NCBI GenBank assembly: GCA_041494685.1
Contig: JBGQBE010000014.1
Span: forward strand, 1 to 61,803
Source: Dehalococcoidia bacterium
GTDB lineage: Bacteria; Chloroflexota; Dehalococcoidia; DSTF01; JACRBR01
Length of the DNA stretch: 61,803 bases
Reading direction: 5' to 3'
Shown: piece after piece, positions 1 to 9,083 of the stretch
Layout of the letters: each line of letters opens with the position of its first letter
How positions within the stretch are numbered: the first letter of the stretch is position 1
Made by a program: the position numbers and the translations under genes
The notes under the pieces: model-generated
Seen by the model: only the letters and a program-made list of their open reading frames with translations
The model's database searches: none
What the model was told of the DNA's origin: nothing

Positions 1-234
1 AAGTTGCAGTACAAGCTGGCGGCGATGGTGCTGAAGCCAGCGCTGATGGCGATGCGCGACCGGATGGACCCGGGGACGTACGGCGGCGTGCCGCTACTGG
101 GCGTCAACGGATTCGTGATGATCGCGCACGGCGCGTCGGACGCACGCGCGATCAAGAATGCGCTACGCGCCGCGAGCGAGGGCGCACAGTCCGGCATGGT
201 CGACGCGATCCGCGCCGTCCAGGGGCGGCACTGA
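1..234 (+). CDS. plsX: Phosphate acyltransferase PlsX, C-terminal part (runs off window start)
   Basis: MDP..YGGVPLLGVNG.VMIAHGASDARAIKNAL is the PlsX C-terminal signature. Confidence 0.9.
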   Translation, partial: KLQYKLAAMVLKPALMAMRDRMDPGTYGGVPLLGVNGFVMIAHGASDARAIKNALRAASEGAQSGMVDAIRAVQGRH

Positions 235-273
235 GCCGGCCGGGCGTTCCGTCCGCCGATCGCTCCAGGCAAC

Positions 274-792
274 CTAGAATGGCAACCCCTTGAGCCCGTG
301 CACACCCTTGAGCGCGGCGATCTCGCCGGCGTGTTGCGGGACGTGCGTCGCGATGATGTTAGCGAGCAGGAATCCGACGGTGTACGTGCCGGTCTGTCCC
401 TTGAGCTCGCGCGCGATCTCCGCGTCCGGGAGCGCCGCAAGATAGGCATCAGTCGCGACGAACACGGTGCCGGCGTACTCCTGAAACGCGGGCAGTTGCA
501 GCTTCATCGCCGCCGCCCACTCGGCCGAGAGCGCAGGCGGCATACCCGGATACGACACGCCCGTCCGAGAGGCCCAGCCTTGCGCCTCAAAGATGCTGGG
601 CGTCTCCCGAAGCCGTTCCTGGACGAACGCGTCTTCCGCGATGACGGCGTGACAGTAGATCGAAGCGATCGATGTGATCTGCGCACCGGGGAAGCTCTTG
701 TTCAGTACGTCGGATGGGCAGTCCGCAACGATCTGCCCGAGGATACGGTGCCAGAATTCCAGCTGCTGCCGGACGGCCGTCTGCACGTTCAT
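274..792 (-). CDS. DinB-superfamily protein
   Basis: SIASIYCHAVIAED and H...HAGEIAALKG His pattern of DinB fold. Confidence 0.75.
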   Translation of the reverse strand: MNVQTAVRQQLEFWHRILGQIVADCPSDVLNKSFPGAQITSIASIYCHAVIAEDAFVQERLRETPSIFEAQGWASRTGVSYPGMPPALSAEWAAAMKLQLPAFQEYAGTVFVATDAYLAALPDAEIARELKGQTGTYTVGFLLANIIATHVPQHAGEIAALKGVHGLKGLPF

Positions 793-836
793 AGGATCGC
801 GTCTCCGCGGTCATACCGACGATACGCTGCCCGCGC

Positions 837-1376
837 CTACGGCGTGGCGAGGAGTTTGCGGACGAGCGGCGGCATCAGCGCCGCGAGCGGCGATGGCGGC
901 TCGGAGATGTCGTTGACCTCGAATCCGCGCGGCGTGGTGCGCCAGGTGCGGTAGCCCTCGACCTTGATCTTGAGCTTCTTGCAGATGCGCTTGGCGGCCG
1001 CGCCCTGCCCCACCGGGACGTAGAGGTAGAAGGCGGCGTCGGGGATCGCGGCGTAGCGCGACCACGCGCGCTGTGCCTCGCCCTCGTTGACCAGCTCGGT
1101 GGTGGCGACGGCGGCGGTCATCGCCAGTTTCGACTCGCCGGTGCTCAGCTTCTCGATGACGACGATGTCCGGGGCAAGCTGCTCGCGGCCGATCTTGACG
1201 GACATGGTGACGTCGGGGACGTTGGCGTGGGCGCGGTAGCCCGGGTGTTCGGGCGTCGGGAACTTGAAGCGGAGTGCAAGGATCTCACGCACGGCCATGG
1301 CAAGCTGTTCGTCCTGCGTGCGTGCGGTGCGAGTGAGCAGTTGGTCGACGTCTTCCCAGCGGGTATCGAGGCTCAA
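837..1376 (-). CDS. Hypothetical protein, possible degenerate PD-(D/E)XK-like fold
   Basis: Clean 179-aa ORF with host codon usage; APDIVV motif. Confidence 0.6.
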   Translation of the reverse strand: MSLDTRWEDVDQLLTRTARTQDEQLAMAVREILALRFKFPTPEHPGYRAHANVPDVTMSVKIGREQLAPDIVVIEKLSTGESKLAMTAAVATTELVNEGEAQRAWSRYAAIPDAAFYLYVPVGQGAAAKRICKKLKIKVEGYRTWRTTPRGFEVNDISEPPSPLAALMPPLVRKLLATP

Positions 1377-1456
1377 GGCGCCCTCCGGTGCGTGTGTTCG
1401 GGAGTCTGGCTCAGGTTAGTGCAACGGCTCACGAAGCTCAAGCGAGCGGCGAGCGG

Positions 1457-1546
1457 TGGCGGAGGGGGTGGGATTCGAACCCACGGGGCGCTTGCACGCC
1501 CAACCGTTTTCAAGACGGTCTCCATCGGCCGCTCGGACACCCCTCC
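1457..1546 (-). tRNA. tRNA-Ser(TGA)
   Basis: Reverse complement GGAGGGGTGTCCGAGCGG...ACCGT-CTTGAAA-ACGGT, long variable arm, GGTTCGAATCC, ends GCCA; TACAAT -10 upstream. Confidence 0.97.
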
Positions 1547-1645
1547 GCGGCGCCCACATTGTAGCGAAGCGGCCGTCCCCTTCGCGGCGGCGCAACGTTC
1601 GCCCGCCGGAGGCCCCTCCGGTACGATGTGGCGACCGCGGCCCGC

Positions 1646-1673
1646 TACGAACTGCACACTACGGACTACCCAC
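1646..1673 (+). repeat. Heptamer array TACNNAC x4 immediately before GT4 start codon
   Basis: tacgaac tgcacac tacggac tacccac, then tcg ATG at 1677. Confidence 0.75.
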
Positions 1674-1676
1674 TCG

Positions 1677-2966
1677 ATGAAGATCTGCTTCCTCATGTAC
1701 CAGGGCAACATGTACTCGGGCGGGCAGGGCGTGTACCTGTACTACCTGACGCGCGAGCTGGCCCGCATGGGACACGACGTCCACGTCATCGCCGGGCCGC
1801 CGTACCCCACGCTGGACGAGGCGGTGACGGCGCACAACATCCGCGACTACAGCTACTGGACGTATCACCACATGAAGCAGGACTTCATCTTCAACCGGCC
1901 TCCGGCCAGCTACTTCCACCCGTGGAACTTCTACGAATTCGCCTCGACACGGGTCAACCTGTCGTCTTTGCTGGCGAACTTCAGCATCCGCGCCTACTTC
2001 AAGCTGCGGGAGCTGTCGAAGGAGCACCGCTTCGACGTGGTGCACGACAACCAGACGTTGAGCTACGGCGTCTGGGCGATCCACAAGAGCGGCTTCCCGC
2101 TGGTGGCGACGATCCACCATCCGCTGAAGTACGACCTGCGGAACGCGCTGCGCCAGGCGCGGAGCACGTACGAGAAGGCGCGCCGCATCCTCTGGTCGCC
2201 GTGGATGATGCAGGAGTGGGCCGCCAAGGGCGTCGACCGCGTGATCGTGGTGTCGGAGACGTCGCGGGTCGACGTCGAAGAGGCGTTCCAGCTGCCACCG
2301 GAGCGCGTGCGCACGGTGTACAACGGCATCGACACGGAGACCTTTCGCCCGCTGCCGGGCGTGGAGCGGCAGCCCAACAAGCTGCTCTACGTCGGCAACT
2401 CCGAGGACCGGAACAAGGGCGCACGGTTCTTCATCGAAGCGCTGAACCTGCTCAAGGACGATCTCGACTTCCACGTCACGTTCGTGGACAACGAGAAGTG
2501 GATGCTGAAGCTGGTGCCACCCCTGGTCGACAAGTACGGGCTGAACTCCCGCATCGAGTTCACTGGGCGCGTCCCTACCGCGGAGCTTGTGCAGCACTAC
2601 AACGAGGCGAAGCTGCTCGTCACGTCGTCGGTGCACGAGGGCTTCGGCCTGCCGCTGGCGGAGGCGATGGCGTGCGGCACGCCCACCGTGGCCACGGAGA
2701 TCGGCGCGTACAAGGAGATCGTGGAGCACGGCGTAAGCGGTTGGCTGGTGCCGCCGTCGAACCCGCAGGCACTTGCGGAGGCGATCCGGATGATGTGGAA
2801 TGACGCATCGTTGCGCCAGCGGCTGTCGGCGGGCGGCCGCCAGCGGATCGAGCAGAAGTTCAACTGGCGCAAGGCGGCGGAAGAGACGCTGGCGGTGTAC
2901 GAAGAGATCGTGCCGCCGCGGCGCCGGACGTTCACGGCGGCTGGCGCCTCCAAGCCCGGAGCATAG
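1677..2966 (+). CDS. Glycosyltransferase family 4 (GT-B)
   Basis: N-terminal YSGGQGVY motif, EGFGLPLAEAMACG motif; start set by alignment with paralogue at 5780. Confidence 0.92.
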   Translation: MKICFLMYQGNMYSGGQGVYLYYLTRELARMGHDVHVIAGPPYPTLDEAVTAHNIRDYSYWTYHHMKQDFIFNRPPASYFHPWNFYEFASTRVNLSSLLANFSIRAYFKLRELSKEHRFDVVHDNQTLSYGVWAIHKSGFPLVATIHHPLKYDLRNALRQARSTYEKARRILWSPWMMQEWAAKGVDRVIVVSETSRVDVEEAFQLPPERVRTVYNGIDTETFRPLPGVERQPNKLLYVGNSEDRNKGARFFIEALNLLKDDLDFHVTFVDNEKWMLKLVPPLVDKYGLNSRIEFTGRVPTAELVQHYNEAKLLVTSSVHEGFGLPLAEAMACGTPTVATEIGAYKEIVEHGVSGWLVPPSNPQALAEAIRMMWNDASLRQRLSAGGRQRIEQKFNWRKAAEETLAVYEEIVPPRRRTFTAAGASKPGA

Positions 2967-2980
2967 ACGCCACGGCGTCC

Positions 2981-3022
2981 GTTCTGAGTATCCCGAGACA
3001 GGTTCTGAGTTCTAGGTTCTAA
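2981..3022 (+). repeat. Heptamer array GTTCTRN before methyltransferase start
   Basis: gttctga ... gttctga gttctag gttctaa c GTG; units in 7-nt register. Confidence 0.7.
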
Positions 3023-3023
3023 C

Positions 3024-3815
3024 GTGCCAGACAACATCGTCAACATCGATTTCAAGCGCCACTTCCACATCCAGCCGGGCGATCGCGTGCTCGATCTCGG
3101 CTGTGGCAACGGGCGCCACACGATGGAGGCCGCGCGATACCCCGGCCGCATCGTTGGCCTCGACTTTTCGCGCGACGATCTGGTCGCCGCGAAGTTCATG
3201 TACGCCGACCTCGTGCGCCAGGGCAAGCTGAGGGGGCGTGCCGACTTCATCGTCGGAGACGCGCAGAACCTGCCGTTCAAGGACGGCGCCTTCGACAAGT
3301 CGCTCTGCACCGAGGTCTTCGAACACATCCCGGACGACCGCCGCGGCATCGCCGAGTTCATCCGCGTCACGAAGCCGGGCGCGCAGACCGCCGTCAGCGT
3401 GCCCGCGTATTGGCCCGAACGCGCCTACTGGGCGCTGAGCTGGCACTACTGGCACTCGCCCGGCGGCCACGTCCGCTGGTACCGCCAGGGCGAGATGCGC
3501 CGCATCCTGGAAGAGAGCGGCATGCAGGTGGAGTTCGAGCGACGGCGCCACGCGTCGCAGAGCGTCTACTGGTTCCTGCGCTGCATCCACGGCCTGCCGA
3601 ACGAGAACTTCCCGCCGGTGCGCCTCACGTGGAAACTGATCAACGTCCACCACAACCGGCGCTTCAAGCTGCTCGAGTACCTGGAGACGGTCGCGAACCT
3701 CGTCATCGGCAAGGATCTCATCCACTACGGGCGCAAGCGCGCGCTGCCGGTGGCCGCGGCCTCGCGAAACGGGGCAGGCGCGGCGACACCCGCCCACAGC
3801 GCCGGCGAGGGCTAG
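3024..3815 (+). CDS. Class I SAM-dependent methyltransferase
   Basis: VLDLGCGNGRH, GDAQNLPFKDGAFD, EVFEHI motifs. Confidence 0.92.
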   Translation: MPDNIVNIDFKRHFHIQPGDRVLDLGCGNGRHTMEAARYPGRIVGLDFSRDDLVAAKFMYADLVRQGKLRGRADFIVGDAQNLPFKDGAFDKSLCTEVFEHIPDDRRGIAEFIRVTKPGAQTAVSVPAYWPERAYWALSWHYWHSPGGHVRWYRQGEMRRILEESGMQVEFERRRHASQSVYWFLRCIHGLPNENFPPVRLTWKLINVHHNRRFKLLEYLETVANLVIGKDLIHYGRKRALPVAAASRNGAGAATPAHSAGEG

Positions 3816-3820
3816 GCGTC

Positions 3821-5260
3821 ATGCCGCTCGACCGCTTCCAGTCGATCGACCCCGCGCTGCTGGATGTCCGCGCGACGGACCGCGTCATCGACCTGGGGTG
3901 CGGCACGGGGCGGCACGTGCTGGAGCTGGCGAAGTCACCCGGCATCATTCTCGGAGCGGACCTCTCCCGCCACGACCTGCGCGTCGGCCGCTTCTTGCTG
4001 GAGATCATGCGGCGCGACGGCGACGTGCGCGCGAAAGTGCACTGGATGCAGACGGCCGGCGAGCGCCTGCCGTTCGTGGACGGCGCGTTCGACCGCGTGA
4101 TCTGCACCGAGACGCTGGAGCACGTCGACGACGATGCGGTGCTGGCGCGGGAACTCGTGCGCGTGCTGAAGCCGGGAGGCATCCTGGCGGTCAGCGTGCC
4201 GGACCAATATTCCGAGAACGTCTTCTGGAAGCTCTCCAAGAACTACCGCACGCACGCCGGCGGGCACGTGCGCATCTACGGCCGCGGTCAGATCGTGCAG
4301 CTGCTGCGCAATGCGGGGCTGCGGCCCTACGCGGTGCGCTACCGCCACGCGCTGGAGACGGTGTACTGGCTGAGCCACGTCGCGTTCTGGAGCGACTGGG
4401 GCAAGCAAGGGCCGATCACGCGCACGTTCCGGCGGCTGTTGGACTCGCAGAAGGCGCGGCGGTCGCGCATCGTCACGGCGATCGACGACATCGGCAACCG
4501 CATCCTGCCGAAGAGCATCGTGGTGTACAGCCGCAAGCCGCTCGACGCGGGCGCCGCGGCCGGCGAGCATCAGGCGGCCGCCCCGCACACCAACGGTCAC
4601 GCCGCGATGGAGGACGAACGCGCGGCGATCGAGGTGCGTGCGATCCCGGCGCCGTTCGAGATTGATCCCGGGGTACCGGACGCCGCCCGCCAGCCGCACG
4701 CGCCGCCGCTCTCGCTCGACGACGAGCTGCGGATCGCGCTGAAGCTGCCACCGGACGAGCAGAAGGGGCGGCTGATCGAGATCCTGCGGTCGTGCCGCTT
4801 CGCGATGATGCGCGAGGTGCAGCAGTTCTCCGGCGAGCAGGCGTCGACGCCGTGGACGGCTGATGGCCGCACGCTGAAGGAGATCGTCGGGCACATCACG
4901 GGCTGGGAGCGTTGGGTCGTGGCGGCGATTGACGAGATCGCTGCCGGCGTCGCGGAGCCGGCGATCATGTCGCTGGCCGGCTATCCGGACGCACCGAGCC
5001 GATTCGAGAGCGTCGACGCGTTCAACGCGTCGCGGATGAGCGAGGCGCGCGAGCAACCGTGGGCGGACGTGCTGTCGCAGTCCGACGCGGCGTTCGACGC
5101 GCTGATCGCGGCCGCCGAGCGCGTGTCCGCGACGGCGTTCAGTTCGACGGCGCAGTTCTTCTGGCCCGATCTCGGCGGCACCGTCCCGTGCGGCGTCTAC
5201 TTGCTGATGGTGTCGGCGCACCACTACCAGGAGGAGCATCTGCCGGAGATGAGACGGTAG
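3821..5260 (+). CDS. Class I SAM methyltransferase fused to C-terminal DinB/ClbS-like domain
   Basis: VIDLGCGTGRH and ETLEHV in the N-half; TLKEIVGHITGWE...HHYQEEH in the C-half. Confidence 0.85.
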   Translation: MPLDRFQSIDPALLDVRATDRVIDLGCGTGRHVLELAKSPGIILGADLSRHDLRVGRFLLEIMRRDGDVRAKVHWMQTAGERLPFVDGAFDRVICTETLEHVDDDAVLARELVRVLKPGGILAVSVPDQYSENVFWKLSKNYRTHAGGHVRIYGRGQIVQLLRNAGLRPYAVRYRHALETVYWLSHVAFWSDWGKQGPITRTFRRLLDSQKARRSRIVTAIDDIGNRILPKSIVVYSRKPLDAGAAAGEHQAAAPHTNGHAAMEDERAAIEVRAIPAPFEIDPGVPDAARQPHAPPLSLDDELRIALKLPPDEQKGRLIEILRSCRFAMMREVQQFSGEQASTPWTADGRTLKEIVGHITGWERWVVAAIDEIAAGVAEPAIMSLAGYPDAPSRFESVDAFNASRMSEAREQPWADVLSQSDAAFDALIAAAERVSATAFSSTAQFFWPDLGGTVPCGVYLLMVSAHHYQEEHLPEMRR

Positions 5261-5315
5261 TAGGTAGTTTGTAGTGGATGGTGGATGGTCGGTAGTCGCT
5301 AGTTGGTAGTTGGTG
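5253..5315 (+). repeat. Left heptamer array GTNNNTR x8-9 (5' arm of four-helix-bundle cassette)
   Basis: gacggta gtaggta gtttgta gtggatg gtggatg gtcggta gtcgcta gttggta gttggtg. Confidence 0.9.
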
Positions 5316-5316
5316 G

Positions 5317-5676
5317 ATGCAGGACTTTCGTCAGCTCAAGGCGTGGGAGAAGGGGCACGCGCTCGCGCTCGCCGTCTATGGCGCGACGCGGAACTTCCCG
5401 CCGCACGAGCTGTACGGACTTACGGGCCAGATGTGTCGATCGTCGGCCTCAGTTCCGACGAATATCGCCGAGGGCTGCGGGCGCAGCTCGATCGCCGACT
5501 TCCGCAAGTTCCTCGACTACGCCATGGGCTCGGCAAAGGAACTGGAGTACCAGCTACTGTTATCCCGCGATCTGGGCTACCTTCCAGCTGGAGACCACGA
5601 ACGCATGCTGCTGGATGTGGCGGAGGTCCAGCGGATGCTGGCGGGCTTCATGACGAGATTGCGACCAGCACAGTGA
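5317..5676 (+). CDS. Four helix bundle protein (23S rRNA IVS-protein / bAvd-like family)
   Basis: MQDFRQLKAWEKGHAL...FPPHELYGLTGQMCRSSASVPTNIAEGCGR...AMGSAKELEYQL family signature. Confidence 0.95.
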   Translation: MQDFRQLKAWEKGHALALAVYGATRNFPPHELYGLTGQMCRSSASVPTNIAEGCGRSSIADFRKFLDYAMGSAKELEYQLLLSRDLGYLPAGDHERMLLDVAEVQRMLAGFMTRLRPAQ

Positions 5677-5713
5677 CAACGTTCCGACCCGTTTCCAACC
5701 GCCCGTCTCCCCC

Positions 5714-5776
5714 TACGCACTCCCAACTACGCACTCCCGACTACCAGCTACCAACTACCCACTCCCGGCTCTCGTC
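5714..5776 (+). repeat. Right heptamer array TMCNNRC x9 (3' arm, reverse complement type of left array)
   Basis: tacgcac tcccaac tacgcac tcccgac taccagc taccaac tacccac tcccggc tctcgtc. Confidence 0.9.
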
Positions 5777-5779
5777 CCT

Positions 5780-7054
5780 ATGAAAATCGCCTTCATCATG
5801 TACCAAGGCAACATGTACTCCGGGGGGCAGGGCGTCTACCTCCACTACATGACACGCGAGCTGGTGCGCGCGGGGCACGAGGTACACGTCATCTCGGGGC
5901 GGCCGTATCCGCGACTGTCGGAAGGCGTGATGCACCACAAGCTGCACACTTACAGCTTCTGGGCGTTCCTGAACGGCCGCGACGAGCACGCGTACGACCA
6001 CGCGCACAACCCGGCGGAGTTCTTCCACCCGTGGAACTTCTACGAGTTCGCCTCGACGCGGGCGTCGCTGGCGGCGCTGTTCTTCACGTTCAGCGTGCGC
6101 GCGTACAAGAAGCTGGCAGAGATCGAGGCCACGTACGGGCCCTTCGACCTGGTGCACGACAACCAGACGCTGGGCTACGGCATCCTGGCGATGAAGCAGT
6201 TTATGGGGAAGCCGGTCGTCGCCAGCCTGCACCACCCGCTGGCGATCGACAAGGCGAACAACATGCGCGAGGCGAAAACCGTGATCTCGCGCGTGCAGAA
6301 GGAGCTGTGGTTCCCCTGGAAGATGCAGTCGTACGTGGCGAACCGCATCGACATGGTGCTGACCGGGTCGCAGAACTCCGCGCACAGCGTCAGCGCATCG
6401 ATGGACATCCCGCTGTCGCACATCCGCCAGACGCCGTATGGCGTCGACCAAGAAGTGATGCGGCCGATCCCGGGCGTGGCGCGGCAGCCAGGCACGATCC
6501 TCTTCGTCGGCGACTCGGAGGATCGCAACAAGGGCGCGCGCTTCCTGATCGAAGCGTGCGCGCGGCTGCAACACGAGATGGACTTCCGCCTGCTCTTCAA
6601 GGACAAGAAAGAGCAGGACATGAAGGTCGTGCCGCCGCTGGTATGGAAGTACGGCCTGCAACGCTTCGTCGAGTACATCCCGCGGCTCGAGGTCGACGAG
6701 CTGCTGCGGCTCTACAACAGCGCCCAGATCGTCGTGTCGCCGTCGCTGTACGAGGGGTTCGGCCTGCCGGCGGCGGAGGCGATGGCGTGCGGCACGCCCG
6801 TGATCGCGACGACGGCGGGCGCGTTCCCCGAGTTCATCGAGGACGGTCGCACGGGCATCCTGGTGCCGCCGGGCGACCCGGACGCGCTGGCCGCCGCCAT
6901 CAAGTCGCTGCTGTCCGACCCGGAGCGCTGCGCGCGCATGGGCGCGGCCGCGAGCGAGCACATCCGCACGAACTTCACGTGGAAGCGCACGGCCGACATC
7001 ACGCTGGATCTGTACGGCGAAGTGCTGGGCCGCGCGAAGGCGCCGGCCGCGTAG
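5780..7054 (+). CDS. Glycosyltransferase family 4, paralogue of 1677..2966
   Basis: MYQGNMYSGGQGVYL, FHPWNFYEFASTR and SEDRNKGARF shared with first copy; EGFGLPAAEAMACG. Confidence 0.92.
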   Translation: MKIAFIMYQGNMYSGGQGVYLHYMTRELVRAGHEVHVISGRPYPRLSEGVMHHKLHTYSFWAFLNGRDEHAYDHAHNPAEFFHPWNFYEFASTRASLAALFFTFSVRAYKKLAEIEATYGPFDLVHDNQTLGYGILAMKQFMGKPVVASLHHPLAIDKANNMREAKTVISRVQKELWFPWKMQSYVANRIDMVLTGSQNSAHSVSASMDIPLSHIRQTPYGVDQEVMRPIPGVARQPGTILFVGDSEDRNKGARFLIEACARLQHEMDFRLLFKDKKEQDMKVVPPLVWKYGLQRFVEYIPRLEVDELLRLYNSAQIVVSPSLYEGFGLPAAEAMACGTPVIATTAGAFPEFIEDGRTGILVPPGDPDALAAAIKSLLSDPERCARMGAAASEHIRTNFTWKRTADITLDLYGEVLGRAKAPAA

Positions 7055-7116
7055 CGGGATGGCCTCATCCGGGCCGCTGTTCCATCGTCATTCGAGACAA
7101 GGTCGCCGCGTGGCCG

Positions 7117-7713
7117 TCAGTCGACGTCCGACCACTCGTCCGGCGTGAGGTCCAGCGGCAGCTCTGCGCCGTCGGCGGGCTCACCGAGCGCGGCCGCTGC
7201 CGGCTCGGCTTCGAGCGACGCGGCAGGCGCCTCCGCAGCGGGTGCTGACCGGCGAACGGACGCCGGCTTCTGTCTGCCCGGCTTCGGCGCGGGCTCGGGC
7301 GCAGGTTCGTCACGCAGCACCTGCACGAGCTGGACGCTGAGGCCATGCGTCGCGGCCATGGTGACGAACGCGGAGCGCAGGCCCGGCTGCGCTTCCACGG
7401 GCTCGCTGACGCGCACGCCGCGCGATGTCAGCTCGGCGACGGCCGCGCCGAGATCCTCGACTTCCAGCGCCAGCGTGTAGAAGCCCTCGCCTTTGCGCTC
7501 CAGGAATCGCATGACAGGGTTATCGGGCTCCGCCGGCGCCACCAGTTCCAGCACGCTGTCGCCCAGCGCCAGCTCGACCGCACGCACGCCGAATGCCGGC
7601 ACCGGCGCAGCGCCGTCGAGCGCCTGCGCGCCGAAGAGTTGCTCGAACGTGCCGCGCGCGGCGTCGACGTCGCGGACGGCGATAGTCAGATGGTGGACGC
7701 GGGTGATCTTCAT
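7117..7713 (-). CDS. VOC-family protein (methylmalonyl-CoA epimerase-like) with low-complexity tail
   Basis: VHHLTIAVRD, LELVAP, RFLERKGEGFYTLALEV motifs. Confidence 0.8.
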   Translation of the reverse strand: MKITRVHHLTIAVRDVDAARGTFEQLFGAQALDGAAPVPAFGVRAVELALGDSVLELVAPAEPDNPVMRFLERKGEGFYTLALEVEDLGAAVAELTSRGVRVSEPVEAQPGLRSAFVTMAATHGLSVQLVQVLRDEPAPEPAPKPGRQKPASVRRSAPAAEAPAASLEAEPAAAALGEPADGAELPLDLTPDEWSDVD

Positions 7714-7778
7714 GGGCGCTCCGCCCCATGCTATCGCGGCAACACCACGGGAAGGAAGGCGGCGTTTCCGCGACCGGA

Positions 7779-9083
7779 TCAGGGCGTCGTCTCGTGGCAC
7801 ACACCCACGTCGTCATCTTCGTTGCCGTAGACCGTGTTGCCGCTCGCCATGACGGTACCCGCGTGATAGATGCAGATCGCCGAGCCGCGGTTCTCATAGA
7901 TCGTATTGCCGTCGACGCTGCCGAGCGACGTGTTCACGTACGAGACGCCGATGCCGCGATTGTGGTAGATCCGCGAGTTCGAGACGTCGAGGTTCGCGCC
8001 CTGCCCCAGCACGCCGCCACCCAGGGTACGAGTCTGCGGCAGCACGACGGTGTCGTGGATATCGGCGTTGTTGATGCGGCCGACGGCCCGTACGGGAAAG
8101 CGGGTGCCGACCTTGCCGTATTTCAGCGGGTCAGGGTACGCGCGAAACTCGATGGCGTGCTCCTCGTTGGCCGCGAACTCATCACCCTCGGAGGAGATGG
8201 TGGCGCCCCAGACAAACAGCCCGGTCAGTTCATTGCGCCAGATGTGGTTGCGGTGAAATGTGCCAATGGTGCCTGGGAACATGACGATGCCCGTGCTGCC
8301 GCTGGCCTGCACGACGTTCCCATCCAGGATGATGTTGGCGGAGCCGACGTAGGCCGCCAGGTTCGTGAGATAGCAGTCTGGCACTTCCACGAAGCCCGGC
8401 GGCAGCAGCGCGCAGGGCGTCTGCCCGGCGAAGACGCCCGGGCCCTTGTTGTCCGAGATGATGTTGCGTGTGATCGTCGTTGTGGCGGTCTCGCCCACGG
8501 TGGAGACGCCGACGCCGCCGTTGTTGAACACCCAGTTCCGCTCGACCGTCACGTTGGATTTGCGACGGATGAGGATGCCATCGCCGTCCATCGCGTACAC
8601 GAACGAGTCGCTGACGCGACCGGTGCTGCCGACATCGTAGTGGATGCCCAGCGCGCCGCCACCGACGTCCATCGCGCGGAAGTCGATCTCGGTACTTAGC
8701 CAGATGTAGGCGTTGCTGGGATGGCCGTAGAACAGGGTGAAGTCCTGGAACGTCAGGTTGCTGCTCTTGAAGACGAGCAAGGAGTCGTGGCTGCCGCCCG
8801 CCACGATCGAGACGTGTGTGCCGGCACCCTTGAGTGTGATGTTGTGCTTGTCCTGGAACGTCACGGAGCCGACGTAAACACCCGGCGCCATGCAGATGAC
8901 GTCGCCGTCCGCGGCGGAGTCGATGATGCTCTGCAGGCTACCCGGCGCCGCCGCGCGCGTGCAGTCGACATTCGCGGCACTCGCGCGCGGCGCGGCCGAC
9001 AGCGGAGCGCGGGGCGCAAGCATCATCGCGCACGATGCGATCAGCAGCAACAGCAGTGAGAAGAGGCGTCGCGTACCCGTCAT
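7779..9083 (-). CDS. Secreted right-handed parallel beta-helix protein
   Basis: Signal peptide, LQSIIDSAADGDVICMAPGVY, repeated N(I/V)..N...G(I/V) units. Confidence 0.8.
   Translation of the reverse strand: MTGTRRLFSLLLLLIASCAMMLAPRAPLSAAPRASAANVDCTRAAAPGSLQSIIDSAADGDVICMAPGVYVGSVTFQDKHNITLKGAGTHVSIVAGGSHDSLLVFKSSNLTFQDFTLFYGHPSNAYIWLSTEIDFRAMDVGGGALGIHYDVGSTGRVSDSFVYAMDGDGILIRRKSNVTVERNWVFNNGGVGVSTVGETATTTITRNIISDNKGPGVFAGQTPCALLPPGFVEVPDCYLTNLAAYVGSANIILDGNVVQASGSTGIVMFPGTIGTFHRNHIWRNELTGLFVWGATISSEGDEFAANEEHAIEFRAYPDPLKYGKVGTRFPVRAVGRINNADIHDTVVLPQTRTLGGGVLGQGANLDVSNSRIYHNRGIGVSYVNTSLGSVDGNTIYENRGSAICIYHAGTVMASGNTVYGNEDDDVGVCHETTP

Noticed and set aside
1227..1676. N-terminal extension of the GT4 ORF given in the track
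   Set aside because: It overlaps tRNA-Ser and another CDS; the paralogue alignment places the start at 1677.
5253..5776. CRISPR array or diversity-generating retroelement at the heptamer/four-helix-bundle locus
   Set aside because: Units are 7 nt with no spacers and no cas genes. No reverse transcriptase or TR/VR repeat pair is visible in the window.
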